Shown in pieces: positions 16,087 through 25,883 of a stretch of 64,000 nt of DNA. The notes below the pieces were generated by a model. The model worked only from the letters and a program-made list of their open reading frames with translations. It searched no databases and had not been told where the DNA came from. The translations under genes and the position numbers were made by a program. Every line of letters starts with the position of its first letter. The stretch's first letter is position 1. Source of the DNA: an uncultured Anaerolinea sp. (lineage in GTDB: Bacteria > Chloroflexota > Anaerolineae > Anaerolineales > UBA4823); the NCBI GenBank assembly GCA_964503145.1, contig CAZCYV010000004.1:142414-206413 (forward strand). Reading direction: 5' to 3'.

Positions 16087-18333
16087 ATGAAATTCGAGAA
16101 TTTGATGCAGTTATTACCGCCGACTTACACCCCTGCAGATCAAGGGTTGATCGAGCGCGCCTATCGGGTAGCGGAACGCGCCCACGAGGGGCAAAAACGT
16201 GTCTCAGGAGAGCCGTATATCACCCATTGCCTGGAAGTAGCTGCTATTCTGGCTGAAATGCGCGTCCCGCCGGCGGTAGTGGCAGCGGCGCTCTTACATG
16301 ACACAGTCGAAGATACTTCTCTGACTTTAGAAGATATCGAGAGGGATTTTGGAGAAGAGATCGCCCGGCTGGTAGATGGCGTTACCAAGTTGACCCAGTT
16401 GCCGCGCGTTTCGCGGGGCGACCAGCATGAGAGGGAAACCGTGCAAGAGGAGGAAATGCGCCAGGTTGCGGAGCGGCGCGGGGAAGTCGGTCCTGCAGAA
16501 GAAGCCGTGCAGCTCATGCGCAGTAGAAAGCACGACCTGGTTTCTGAGACACTACGTAAGACCTTCCTCGCCATGGGGGACGATATCCGCGTTGTGCTGA
16601 TCAAGCTGGCGGATCGGCTGCATAATATGCGCACCCTGGAGAAGATGCCTCCGCACAAACAGCGGCGAATCGCTCAGGAAACGCTGGACATCTTTGCGCC
16701 GCTGGCCAATCGCCTGGGTATCTGGCAAATGAAGTGGGAATTGGAGGATCTGGCTTTCAAGTATGTAAACCCTGAAAAGTACACCGAGATTTCGAACAAT
16801 CTAATGAAGCGACGCTCGGAACGCGAATCCGAGATGGCCGAGATCCGCAAAAAACTGTTGCAGGTATTCGCTCAGGCTGGCATACAAGCAGAAGTTTCTG
16901 CGCGTCCAAAGCACATTTACTCCATCTATCGAAAGATGGTTCGCAAAGGGGTGACTTTCGATCAGGTGCATGATGTGCGCGGGGTGCGAATCATCGTGCC
17001 GGATGTCACAACTTGCTACACAACGCTGGGTCTGATCCACAATCGCTGGAGGCCCATCCCTGGCGAGTTCGATGATTATATTGCTGCTCCAAAGGATAAC
17101 TTTTACCGCTCATTGCATACGGCGGTGGTTTATGACGACGGATTGACTCTGGAAATCCAAATTCGAACTCCAGAGATGCATCAAAACGCCGAGTACGGTA
17201 TTGCAGCTCACTGGCGCTACAAGGAAGGGGTTGGGCGCGACGAGGATTACGAGCGGCGCATCCTGTGGCTTCGCTCGTTAATGGACTGGCGACAGGACGT
17301 GGAGGATGCGGGCGAATTTGTAGATAGCATGAAGACCGAGGTCTTCGAGGATCGGGTGTATGTTTTCACACCGCGGGGTGATATCATCGATTTGCCTGCA
17401 GGTTCCACCCCGATCGACTTTGCCTATCAGGTTCATACCGATATTGGACACCGTTGCCGCGGGGCTAAAGTCAATGGCAAGCTGGTCTCCTTGGACTACG
17501 TTCTGAAAACGGGCGATAAAGTAGAAATCCTGACGGCGAAGCGCGGCGGTCCAAGCCTGGATTGGTTGAATCCCAATCTTGGGTTGGTGAAAACCCAACG
17601 GGCGCGAAGCAAGATCCGCCAGTGGTTCAAGCGCCAGGCGCGCGAGAAAAACATGAGCCAGGGCAAAGCGATGCTGGATAAAGAGTTGCGGCGCCTGGGG
17701 TTGACCGACACCAACCTTGACCGGCTGGCGCGTGAATTTGAATTGCGCGGTGTAGAGGAATTGTATGAAGCGATTGGCACAGGGGATTTGCCGATTGCCA
17801 AGATTGTCAAATACCTGACATTAGGAGAAGAAAAGCCGGCTGAGGCGGCGCTGTTGCCTACAGGTAAACCCGGCGCGGCGGCGACCCCGAGCGATGAGAC
17901 CGTGACCGTTTTGGGCCTCAAGGGGCTATTGACAAACTTTGCACGTTGCTGCAACCCTGCACCCGGCGATGAAATCATCGGCTATGTGACGCGTGGGCGG
18001 GGCGCAACGATTCATCGTAAAGATTGTCCGAATATCTTGCGCATCGATGACCGTGAGCGGTTGGTGCGGGTGAGCTGGGGCGAGCCAAAAGAGACCTATC
18101 CGATTCCGGTGCGCATCCGCGCATTCGATCGTGATGGCCTGATGCGAGATGTTTCCACGTTGATTGCCGATGAGGGGGTGAACATGCCCAAAGTGAAGGT
18201 GGAAACCAGTCGGAACATGGCCGTGTTCGACCTTGTGCTCGAGGTGCGAGATATTTTGCAACTCAGTCGCTTGTTAGATCGGTTGGAAAACCTGCCAAAT
18301 GTGATGGAAGCGCGACGAGTGCGTCCTGGATGA
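16087..18333 (+). CDS. relA: Bifunctional (p)ppGpp synthetase/hydrolase, RelA/SpoT family
   Basis: 748 aa. HD hydrolase motifs (HCLEVA, LLHDTVEDT), synthetase region (RPKHIYSIYRKM, YRSLHT, EIQIRT), a TGS domain (VYVFTPRGDIIDLPAGSTPIDFAY) and a C-terminal ACT-like domain. Confidence 0.95.
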   Translation: MKFENLMQLLPPTYTPADQGLIERAYRVAERAHEGQKRVSGEPYITHCLEVAAILAEMRVPPAVVAAALLHDTVEDTSLTLEDIERDFGEEIARLVDGVTKLTQLPRVSRGDQHERETVQEEEMRQVAERRGEVGPAEEAVQLMRSRKHDLVSETLRKTFLAMGDDIRVVLIKLADRLHNMRTLEKMPPHKQRRIAQETLDIFAPLANRLGIWQMKWELEDLAFKYVNPEKYTEISNNLMKRRSERESEMAEIRKKLLQVFAQAGIQAEVSARPKHIYSIYRKMVRKGVTFDQVHDVRGVRIIVPDVTTCYTTLGLIHNRWRPIPGEFDDYIAAPKDNFYRSLHTAVVYDDGLTLEIQIRTPEMHQNAEYGIAAHWRYKEGVGRDEDYERRILWLRSLMDWRQDVEDAGEFVDSMKTEVFEDRVYVFTPRGDIIDLPAGSTPIDFAYQVHTDIGHRCRGAKVNGKLVSLDYVLKTGDKVEILTAKRGGPSLDWLNPNLGLVKTQRARSKIRQWFKRQAREKNMSQGKAMLDKELRRLGLTDTNLDRLAREFELRGVEELYEAIGTGDLPIAKIVKYLTLGEEKPAEAALLPTGKPGAAATPSDETVTVLGLKGLLTNFARCCNPAPGDEIIGYVTRGRGATIHRKDCPNILRIDDRERLVRVSWGEPKETYPIPVRIRAFDRDGLMRDVSTLIADEGVNMPKVKVETSRNMAVFDLVLEVRDILQLSRLLDRLENLPNVMEARRVRPG

Positions 18334-18354
18334 CGTGGTATAATTCCGCGCCGA

Positions 18355-19605
18355 ATGACCTGGGACGAAGAACTGCTCGATGTTTCTGTAGCACGGCGGC
18401 GATTGCTGGATCATTTTTCCCCGCTTGAAGTCATCCAAATACCTGTTAACGCGGCAGCAGGCTTTGTGCTGGCTGAGCCGGTTGTAGCCCCTTTCGATCT
18501 GCCGCTCTTTGCGAACTCGAGCATGGACGGATTTGCAGTCCGCTCGAAGGATGTTGCCCAAGCCAACCAGGGGCATCCGGCGATTCTGCGAGTCGTGGGA
18601 GATATACCGGCTGGGATTATTGCTGATCGCGACCTTCGGTCGGGCGAGGCAATGCGCATCATGACCGGCGCCGCAATCCCCGAAGGCGCAGATGCTGTCG
18701 TTCCGATAGAAGATACCGATTTTGAGGCGCGCCAGGGCGGGACAGAGGCCCCGGAGGCGGTGCGGATCTTTCGACCCGCTCGCGTGGGAGAGAACATCAG
18801 ACCAGTCGGGCAAGATGTTGCCCGGGGGGAAGTGGTGATCCCGGCGGGCCGTCGCATTCGCCCCCAAGAAGCGGGCTTATTGTGCATGTTGGGCCAGGCG
18901 ACCGTGCGCGTGCATCGCCGGCCGCGGGTGGCGATCTTTTCCAGTGGCGATGAACTGACCCCTGTGGATCAACCCCTGAGGCCAGGAAAGATTTACGATT
19001 CCAATTCGGTCATGCTGGCAGATCTGGTGGAGCAATGTGGCGGCGAAGTGGTGCCCTTGGGAATTGTCCCAGACCGGTTGGATGCCATCCATACGGTTTT
19101 ATCCCAGGCGGCAGACGCTGGCATTGACCTGATTGTCTCTTCCGCAGGGGTGTCTGTGGGCGCGTTGGATTACGTCCGTACGGCGATCGAGCAAAATGGC
19201 GCGCTGGTTTTTTGGCGGGTTAACATGCGCCCGGGCAAGCCGTTGGCGTTTGGCCACTTTCGCGGCATTCCTTTTGCTGGTTTACCTGGAAATCCGGTAT
19301 CTGCGTTCATCGGTTTTGAGGTCTTTTTGAGACCAGTCTTGATGAAAATGTTGGGCGCGGGTGATGTGAGCCGCCCGACCGTGAAAGCGCGTTTGCAAGA
19401 ACCAGTTGAATCGGATGGGCGTGAATCCTACTTGCGGGCGATTGCCAACTGGCAAGAAGGGGAATGGACAGTTCGCCTTACAGGTCACCAGGGTTCCGGG
19501 AATCTGCGCTCATTGGTTCAGGCAAATGCCTTGCTTTTAATCCCATCTGGAGTAAAATACGTCCCGACCGGTGCCCAGGTCGAGGTTTGGTTCTTGGGCG
19601 ATTGA
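18355..19605 (+). CDS. moeA: Molybdopterin molybdenumtransferase MoeA
   Basis: 416 aa. Typical MoeA N-terminus (LLDVSVARRRLLDHFSPL...), the PLFANSSMDGFAV motif, and the central MoCF-binding domain (VAIFSSGDEL...GKIYDSN). Confidence 0.92.
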   Translation: MTWDEELLDVSVARRRLLDHFSPLEVIQIPVNAAAGFVLAEPVVAPFDLPLFANSSMDGFAVRSKDVAQANQGHPAILRVVGDIPAGIIADRDLRSGEAMRIMTGAAIPEGADAVVPIEDTDFEARQGGTEAPEAVRIFRPARVGENIRPVGQDVARGEVVIPAGRRIRPQEAGLLCMLGQATVRVHRRPRVAIFSSGDELTPVDQPLRPGKIYDSNSVMLADLVEQCGGEVVPLGIVPDRLDAIHTVLSQAADAGIDLIVSSAGVSVGALDYVRTAIEQNGALVFWRVNMRPGKPLAFGHFRGIPFAGLPGNPVSAFIGFEVFLRPVLMKMLGAGDVSRPTVKARLQEPVESDGRESYLRAIANWQEGEWTVRLTGHQGSGNLRSLVQANALLLIPSGVKYVPTGAQVEVWFLGD

Positions 19606-19651
19606 GAGTTGCCAAGTGGATGTTGAATATCTGTTTGTTTAGGAGGATTGA

Positions 19652-19885
19652 ATGCCCCGTATTCGCTGTCACTATATTGATTGCGTGTTCCTGGATGATG
19701 GTTATTGCGGTGCAGCAGCAATCGAACTGGATCCGGATGTCGGTTGTATGACCTTTTCCAGGGCAGATGATCTCGACGTAGAAGACGAATGGGAGGAGGA
19801 AGAGGAAGAAACCGACGAGTGGGAAGAGATCGATCTGGAGGAAGAGGACGAAGAACTCTGGTTGGATGACGAGGAAGAGTATTGA
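19652..19885 (+). CDS. Small DUF1540-like Cys-motif protein with hyperacidic Trp-containing C-terminal tail
   Basis: 77 aa. The N-terminal IRCHYIDCVFLDDGYCGAAAIELD...GC resembles the DUF1540 C-x4-C-x7-C pattern. The last 40 residues are about 70% D/E with W at regular intervals (EDEWEEEEEETDEWEEIDLEEEDEELWLDDEEEY). Its stop overlaps the next start (ATGA-type overlap). Confidence 0.65.
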   Translation: MPRIRCHYIDCVFLDDGYCGAAAIELDPDVGCMTFSRADDLDVEDEWEEEEEETDEWEEIDLEEEDEELWLDDEEEY

Positions 19886-20415
19886 TGCTTTGGTCTGACT
19901 GGCCCAGAGGCTTGTGGCATCTAGTAATTGTGCTGTGGAAAGCCTTCTTTGGGTTGGCATTCGTGGCTGCGTTGACAGTTCCTGCCCATGCAGTCGCCGA
20001 TCAGACGATTTACTCTCTCCAGCGGGGTACACCAGCAGCGATTCCAAATTTTGTTGATACAGCAGCAGGGTGCAATTGGCTGGGTGTTGGCGGCCAGGTG
20101 TTCGACCAGGCTGGTTCTCCATTGTCTGGCCTGATGATTAAGGTGGATGGAACGCTAGATGGCCGTCAGATTCTTCAATACGTTTACACCGGAAGTTCAC
20201 AGGGGCTAGGAGCGGGCGGGTATCATCTAAAATTGGCCGATCGCCCAATTTCCTCCCAAACCCTGAAAATACAGCTCCTGGATCCGGCTGGGAGGCCACT
20301 TTCTTTGCCTTTTGTTTTTCGCACCTACGCTACCTGCCAGCAGAATTTGTTGATTATCAACCTTACCCCTATCTCTCTGGAAAATTCGGTTTATTTGCCT
20401 CAGGTATCCCGTTAG
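19882..20415 (+). CDS. Secreted or membrane-anchored hypothetical protein
   Basis: 177 aa with an N-terminal hydrophobic signal or anchor (LVIVLWKAFFGLAFVAALTVPAHA). No family recognised. Translationally coupled to the acidic-tail protein. Confidence 0.6.
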   Translation: MMLWSDWPRGLWHLVIVLWKAFFGLAFVAALTVPAHAVADQTIYSLQRGTPAAIPNFVDTAAGCNWLGVGGQVFDQAGSPLSGLMIKVDGTLDGRQILQYVYTGSSQGLGAGGYHLKLADRPISSQTLKIQLLDPAGRPLSLPFVFRTYATCQQNLLIINLTPISLENSVYLPQVSR

Positions 20416-20446
20416 AAGCTTTAGCGCTGCGCACTCAGATTTCAGC

Positions 20447-21025
20447 ATGCCTATCCTGGATCACTTCGGAGTCATTGCGCCATTTTACGATTGGGTCATC
20501 CGCCTTCGTACTGCCGAGAGGCTCATCGAGGCGGCAAATCTGCCGGTCAAAGGCGCTCTGCTGGATGCGGGGGGCGGGACCGGCAGAGTTTCGGCGGCAT
20601 TGCGGGGGATGGCCGATAAGCTGATCGTTGCTGATGGGTCATTTCAAATGCTGTTACAGGCGCAAGCGAAAGGCGGCCTGAGGACGGTTTGTTCACACAC
20701 GGAGGCTCTGCCTTTTCCAGATGAGACTTTCGAGCGCGTGATCATGGTCGATGCGCTTCATCATGTCTGCGATCAAAGCAAAACCGCAGCCGAGTTATGG
20801 CGCATTGTGAAACCGGGGGGGCGGATTGTTATCGAGGAGCCGGACATCCAAAAAGTCAGCGTGAAGTTGGTGGCCCTGGCTGAGAAGTTGGCGTTGATGC
20901 GTAGTCACTTTCTGTCCCCATTGGCTATCGCGGGTTTATTTTCACATCCCAATGCATCGACTCGGGTCGAACGGGATGGCTTCAACGCCTGGGTGATCGT
21001 CGATAAGGTCGAGAGGCAAGATTAG
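20447..21025 (+). CDS. Class I SAM-dependent methyltransferase
   Basis: 192 aa. SAM-binding motif I LLDAGGGTGRVS, an acidic residue after beta-2 (IVADGS), and motif IKPGGRIVI. Confidence 0.88.
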   Translation: MPILDHFGVIAPFYDWVIRLRTAERLIEAANLPVKGALLDAGGGTGRVSAALRGMADKLIVADGSFQMLLQAQAKGGLRTVCSHTEALPFPDETFERVIMVDALHHVCDQSKTAAELWRIVKPGGRIVIEEPDIQKVSVKLVALAEKLALMRSHFLSPLAIAGLFSHPNASTRVERDGFNAWVIVDKVERQD

Positions 21026-22086
21026 CAGATACGCGGCAGGATTTCCCCGGAAGGGACATCTACCAGCCGTGTGCTGCCGAGAGTTGTGCGTATCAAGACG
21101 CGCCCTGGGGGTTCAGCCCGAACTTCCCCGATGATCGCCGCCTCTTTGCCGTAGCGATCCTGGCGCATAATTTCCAGAACGTCCGTGGCTGCCTCTGGCG
21201 CTACAAAGGCGACCAGTTTGCCCTCGTTGGCGATGTAAAGAGGGTCAAAGCCCAGCATTTCGCAGGCTGCGGCGACGGCAGGCCTAACAGGAATGAGCGC
21301 CTCCTCGATGTAGATTCCCACTTGAGACTGACGAGCGATCTCATTGAGTGTAGTAGCCAGGCCGCCGCGGGTTGGATCGCGCAGGGCGTGGATATCAAGC
21401 GGCGCCTTAAGCATCGATTGCACCAGATGATTCAGCGGCGCAACGTCGCTCTCGACGTCGCTGGTAAATCCCAGGTCGCCGCGGGCGCTCAGCACCGCGA
21501 TGCCGTGTTCGCCAATCGCCCCGGAGAGCAAGACCAGGTCGCCGGGTCGGGCAAAAGCTCCGGAGATTTGCACGGATGGGGGAATGATGCCCACACCAGT
21601 AGTGTTGATATACAAGCCATCCGCCTTGCCCTTTTGCACCACCTTGGTATCTCCCGCGATGATGGCCACGCCAGCCTCTTGGGCGGCGGCGCGCATCGAA
21701 GAAACGACCTGGTCTAAAACCGAGATATCCAGGCCTTCTTCAAGGATAAAACCGGCGGTCAGGTAAAGCGGTTTGGCGCCCATCATTGAAACATCATTGA
21801 CGGTGCCACACACTGCCAGGCGTCCAATATCGCCGCCCGGGAAGAACAACGGCCAGACAACATGCGAATCGGTGCTGATTGCCAGGCGCCCCTTTTCCAG
21901 GGAGATTACACCAGCATCATCGCCCGCGTCCAGGCTGGGATTGCTGAAGGCCGGCAGGAATGTACGAGCGATCAGATCATGGGACATCTTGCCGCCGCTG
22001 CCATGCCCAAGCATGATCTGCTCACGATGGGGGAGAGGCACTGGGCAAACAAGGCCCTGGAAATCGGGGAAATCTTGAGTCGTCAA
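21022..22086 (-). CDS. hypE: Hydrogenase maturation protein HypE
   Basis: HypE hallmarks: LGHGSGGKMSHDLI near the N-terminus and the C-terminal PRIC motif. The ORF track extends to 22269, but that would overlap hypD by 150 nt. I prefer the TTG at 22086 (GGAG 8 nt upstream). The exact start is uncertain. Confidence 0.9.
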   Translation of the reverse strand: MTTQDFPDFQGLVCPVPLPHREQIMLGHGSGGKMSHDLIARTFLPAFSNPSLDAGDDAGVISLEKGRLAISTDSHVVWPLFFPGGDIGRLAVCGTVNDVSMMGAKPLYLTAGFILEEGLDISVLDQVVSSMRAAAQEAGVAIIAGDTKVVQKGKADGLYINTTGVGIIPPSVQISGAFARPGDLVLLSGAIGEHGIAVLSARGDLGFTSDVESDVAPLNHLVQSMLKAPLDIHALRDPTRGGLATTLNEIARQSQVGIYIEEALIPVRPAVAAACEMLGFDPLYIANEGKLVAFVAPEAATDVLEIMRQDRYGKEAAIIGEVRAEPPGRVLIRTTLGSTRLVDVPSGEILPRIC

Positions 22087-22118
22087 ATCAAGCGCTCCAT
22101 CTTGCAGATATAGGCCGA

Positions 22119-23204
22119 TCAGGCGCGCGCATAGCGGTAATAGGCTGCACAGGCACCCTCTGAAGAGACCATTGTTGCGCCTAGTGGGTGTTCTGGGGTG
22201 CATTGTGAGGCGAAGGCCGGACACTCGTGCGGCTTTTTTAGCCCTTGAAGGATTTTGCCGGCAATGCACACGGAGGATTCCTCTGGCTGAATCTGGTCAA
22301 CTGGAAAGCGCTGCTCGGCATCGAATTCGGCATACTCCGCTCGCAAGCACCAGCCGCTGGCAGGGATCAAGCCGATCCCCCGCCATTTACGGTCGCACAC
22401 GGTGAAAACCTGACGGATCACGCTCTGGGCGTGTGTATTTCCCTGATAGGTGACTACGCGGGGATAGGCGTTTTCGACCTCAGCCCGACCCTGTTCAAGC
22501 TGGCGGACGGCCATCAAGATTCCCTGCAGGATGTCCACCGGCTCGAAACCGGTGACCACAATGGGAACGGCAAATTCCCTGGCGATGGGCAAATATTCCC
22601 AATATCCCATCACCGTGCAGACATGACCTGCTGCCAGAAAGCCCTGAACGCGATTGGCTGGGGAACCGAGGATGGCGCGCATGGCTGGGGGGACGCATAC
22701 ATGCGAGACCAGCAGGCTGAAATTACTCAATCCCAGCGACTGCGCCTGGAGCACGCTCATGCAGTTGGCCGGCGCAGTGGTCTCGAAGCCGATTGCGAAA
22801 AAGACGACCTGCCTGTCGGTGTTCTCACGAGCCAGGCGTATCGCATCCAGAGGCGAGTACACGACGCGCACGTCCCCGCCGGCCGCGCGCACGGAAAAGA
22901 GATCCTGTCTGGAGCCAGGCACGCGCAGCATGTCGCCGTATGAGGTGAAGATCACCCCGGGCTGCGAAGCGATGGCCAGCGCTTTATCAATCAGCTCCAG
23001 TGAAGTTACGCAGACCGGACAACCCGGGCCGTGCACCAGTTCAATTTCTGGGGGGAGCAATTGATCCAGCCCGTAGCGCATGATGGCGTGGGTCTGGCCG
23101 CCGCAGATTTCCATCAAGACCCAGGGGCGGGTGACGGTGCGGCGGATTTCCTCGACCAATGTCTGGACGGCTGTAGGGTCACGAAATTCTTGAACGAATT
23201 TCAC
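22119..23204 (-). CDS. hypD: Hydrogenase maturation protein HypD
   Basis: 361 aa with [10 protein letters not shown]-terminus, the CGGQTH motif, GPGCPVCV, and the conserved FETTAP and C-terminal Cys motifs. Confidence 0.95.
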   Translation of the reverse strand: MKFVQEFRDPTAVQTLVEEIRRTVTRPWVLMEICGGQTHAIMRYGLDQLLPPEIELVHGPGCPVCVTSLELIDKALAIASQPGVIFTSYGDMLRVPGSRQDLFSVRAAGGDVRVVYSPLDAIRLARENTDRQVVFFAIGFETTAPANCMSVLQAQSLGLSNFSLLVSHVCVPPAMRAILGSPANRVQGFLAAGHVCTVMGYWEYLPIAREFAVPIVVTGFEPVDILQGILMAVRQLEQGRAEVENAYPRVVTYQGNTHAQSVIRQVFTVCDRKWRGIGLIPASGWCLRAEYAEFDAEQRFPVDQIQPEESSVCIAGKILQGLKKPHECPAFASQCTPEHPLGATMVSSEGACAAYYRYARA

Positions 23205-23458
23205 CGCGCGTCTCCGATATCGATCTCGCTGCCCAAATCGTTGATCTGTCGAAGCAGATCAAGCGTTTCCATGGCTTCTTGCTCACTGACCAGGTTGAGC
23301 GCAAATCCTACATGGATGAGCGCATAGTCCCCGATCTGGGCTTCTGGCACATATTCCAGGCAGGCTTCGCGAACAACGCCGCCAAAATCGATCTTTGCCA
23401 TTTTGAGGCCGTTCGCTTGATAAATCTCGACGATTTTCCCGGGCACACCAAGACACAT
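23201..23458 (-). CDS. hypC: Hydrogenase maturation chaperone HypC
   Basis: The ORF begins [14 protein letters not shown]. HypC needs an N-terminal Met-Cys, so I chose the ATG at 23458 (MCLGVPGK). It overlaps the hypD start by 4 nt. Confidence 0.92.
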   Translation of the reverse strand: MCLGVPGKIVEIYQANGLKMAKIDFGGVVREACLEYVPEAQIGDYALIHVGFALNLVSEQEAMETLDLLRQINDLGSEIDIGDAR

Positions 23459-23479
23459 AAGCACCTCATTATCGCTTGC

Positions 23480-25837
23480 TCATTGACTAAGTCCGGTTTG
23501 GGCGCAACGGGCAGCGATCGCTGCCTGACCGAGCGCCAGACCTCCATCGTTGGGAGGTACAAGCCGGTGGAAATAAATCTGAAAACCTTCCTGATGGAGC
23601 AAAGGCGCTGTCTTAGAGAGCAAGGTGACATTTTGCCAGACTCCACCGCTCAAGCAGACCTGATTGATCTGATGCCGTTGGCGGAGCGCTTTACAGGTTT
23701 GGACTACGATTTGCGCAACCGTATTGTGAAAGCGCGCCGAGATGATCGGTGGCGAGACGCCTGCGCGCAAATCGCTGATGATACCTGCGATGGTGGGGTC
23801 TAGTTTGACCTGATCTTCGATGGTGAACGGGTAGGAGCCTTGCTCTAGCGGATCCGCAATTGCTTCGAACTCAATTGCTGCCTGCGCTTCGTAGTTGGCG
23901 ATTTGGCGCGCGCCCACCAGCGCAGATACAGCATCGAATAAGCGCCCCATGCTGGATGTGCGCGGAGCGTTTAGCCCACTCTCTATCTGATGTTCCAGCG
24001 CGCCAAGCAACTGATGGTGATTGACGTAATGAGCGCGAACAAAACGTACTGGAGCCAGGTCATCCGACCAAGGGATCCCACAATGCTTGAGCCAAGCAAG
24101 GGCGATGCGCCAGGGTTCGTGAATGGCCTTGTCGCCTCCTGGCAGGGGAACATAATCCAAATGATGTTGCCTTTGATAGCCCAGGTAGTCGGCGATCAGA
24201 AACTCGCCGCCCCAGATAGCCCCATCGGCGCCATAGCCAGTGCCGTCGAAAGAGACGCCGATCACCGATTGATCCCCAGGCAGACCATTCTCCACCATGC
24301 AGGCAGCAATATGGGCATGGTGGTGCTGGATGTGGATGAGTGGTAACGATTGGCGTTCGGCGCGATCCAGCGCATAGCGTGTAGCCAAATAATCGGGATG
24401 CAGATCGCATGCAAGCAGCGCGGGCTGAATGCGAAACAGGCGCTCGAAGTGCTGAATACCATCTTCGAAAGATTGCAGGGTTTCATAGTTCTGCAGGTCG
24501 CCGATGTGATGGCTAAGAAACGCGTATTGCTGACGCGTGATGCAAAAGGTGTTTTTCAATTCTGCGCCGACTGCCAGCAATGGCGGCGTTTCCCAGGGGA
24601 GGTGCACCGGATAGGGCGCATAGCCTCGACCGCGTCGCAGCGGCAGTTCTGACGGGTGATGGTCTGGGCTGATGGCGACCATACGAACCACCGCATCGTC
24701 GCAGCGGGTGCGAATAGGGCGGTTGTGCAACAAGAAAGCGTCTGCCAGGGGCGCCAGGCGCGAACGGGCTTCATCGTTATCGGTGGCAATTGGCTCTTCG
24801 CTTAAATTGCCGCTGGTCATCACCAGAGCCTTAAGTGGGTTGGAATGCGGCGCTTCGCCTGGGATATCTGCAAATAACAGATAATGCAAAGGCGTGTAGG
24901 GCAACATGACTCCCAGGGTGTCTTGTCCTGGTGCTACTTCGCGGGCGACGGATGATTTGGGCCGTCTTTGCAAAATGACGATTGGTCGCTGGGGGGATTC
25001 TAACAAGGACTGCTCGGCCTGGCTCACGTAGCAGTGCTCCTGAACCGTAGCGCAGTCGGGCATCATCAAGGCAAAAGGTTTGTCCACGCGCAGTTTGCGC
25101 TGTCGCAGGCGGGCAACCGCGCTAGGATTGAGAGCGTCACAGGCGAGGTGGAATCCGCCCAGGCCTTTGATTGCCACAATCTGTCCTTCGCTTAGCAAGC
25201 GGATCGCTTTTTGCAGGGCGGCTTCGCCTGTTTCATCCGCTCTTGAAAGACGCTTAGTGTATTCCAGCCAGAGATGCGGTCCACATGTGGGGCAGGCGAT
25301 AGGTTGTGCATGGAAGCGCCGATCGAGCGGGTTGCGATATTCGGCGGCGCAGTCGGGGCACATGGTGAACGCCGCCATGGTGGTGTTGGGACGGTCGTAG
25401 GGGATATCCTCGATGATCGTGAAGCGAGGCCCGCAGTTGGTGCAATTCGTGAATGGATAGCGATAGCGCCGATCGGCGGGATCGAACATCTCAGCCAGGC
25501 AGTCTGCGCAGATGCTGAAATCGGGGGAGATGGGTTGAAATGCGCCGGGGATCGGTTGTGATACGATGATCTCAAAGTCAGAAAATCCATTCGGCAGACA
25601 ATACTCGTAATCCAACCGATCGATGCGCGCGAGAGGCGGCGCTTCGGAACGCAGTTGTTCAATAAAGGCGCTTAGTGCATTTGGAGCGCCATCGACCTGG
25701 ATATCCACTCCAGCCGAGGTATTGCGAACCCAGCCTTTCAAGCCGTGGCGCAAAGCCAGCGCGTAGACAAATGGACGAAATCCGACGCCTTGAACTACAC
25801 CGGTAATATGAATTCGAGCACCTTGTATTGACTCCAT
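23480..25837 (-). CDS. hypF: Carbamoyltransferase HypF
   Basis: 785 aa. Acylphosphatase domain (ITGVVQGVGFRPFVY), two Cys4 zinc fingers (CADC...CTNCGPRF, CPDC...CPTCGP), then YrdC-like and Kae1-like domains. Confidence 0.96.
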   Translation of the reverse strand: MESIQGARIHITGVVQGVGFRPFVYALALRHGLKGWVRNTSAGVDIQVDGAPNALSAFIEQLRSEAPPLARIDRLDYEYCLPNGFSDFEIIVSQPIPGAFQPISPDFSICADCLAEMFDPADRRYRYPFTNCTNCGPRFTIIEDIPYDRPNTTMAAFTMCPDCAAEYRNPLDRRFHAQPIACPTCGPHLWLEYTKRLSRADETGEAALQKAIRLLSEGQIVAIKGLGGFHLACDALNPSAVARLRQRKLRVDKPFALMMPDCATVQEHCYVSQAEQSLLESPQRPIVILQRRPKSSVAREVAPGQDTLGVMLPYTPLHYLLFADIPGEAPHSNPLKALVMTSGNLSEEPIATDNDEARSRLAPLADAFLLHNRPIRTRCDDAVVRMVAISPDHHPSELPLRRGRGYAPYPVHLPWETPPLLAVGAELKNTFCITRQQYAFLSHHIGDLQNYETLQSFEDGIQHFERLFRIQPALLACDLHPDYLATRYALDRAERQSLPLIHIQHHHAHIAACMVENGLPGDQSVIGVSFDGTGYGADGAIWGGEFLIADYLGYQRQHHLDYVPLPGGDKAIHEPWRIALAWLKHCGIPWSDDLAPVRFVRAHYVNHHQLLGALEHQIESGLNAPRTSSMGRLFDAVSALVGARQIANYEAQAAIEFEAIADPLEQGSYPFTIEDQVKLDPTIAGIISDLRAGVSPPIISARFHNTVAQIVVQTCKALRQRHQINQVCLSGGVWQNVTLLSKTAPLLHQEGFQIYFHRLVPPNDGGLALGQAAIAARCAQTGLSQ

Positions 25838-25883
25838 TCAGGCTATTATAACTTGACTGAGAGCGCTTAGGCCCTTGATCGAT

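Noticed and set aside
19702-19920. 72-aa poly-serine ORF (SSSSSNQSSSSSSSRSISSHSSVSSSSSSHSSS).
   Set aside because: It is the reverse-complement shadow of the GAA/GAG-rich acidic tail of the 19652..19885 gene. That plus-strand gene has a start context, a Cys motif and translational coupling to the next gene.
22087-22269. N-terminal extension of the hypE ORF ([16 protein letters not shown]...).
   Set aside because: It would overlap hypD by 150 nt and adds an Arg/Cys-rich sequence not found in HypE proteins. A TTG with a GGAG upstream at 22086 fits the conserved HypE N-terminus.
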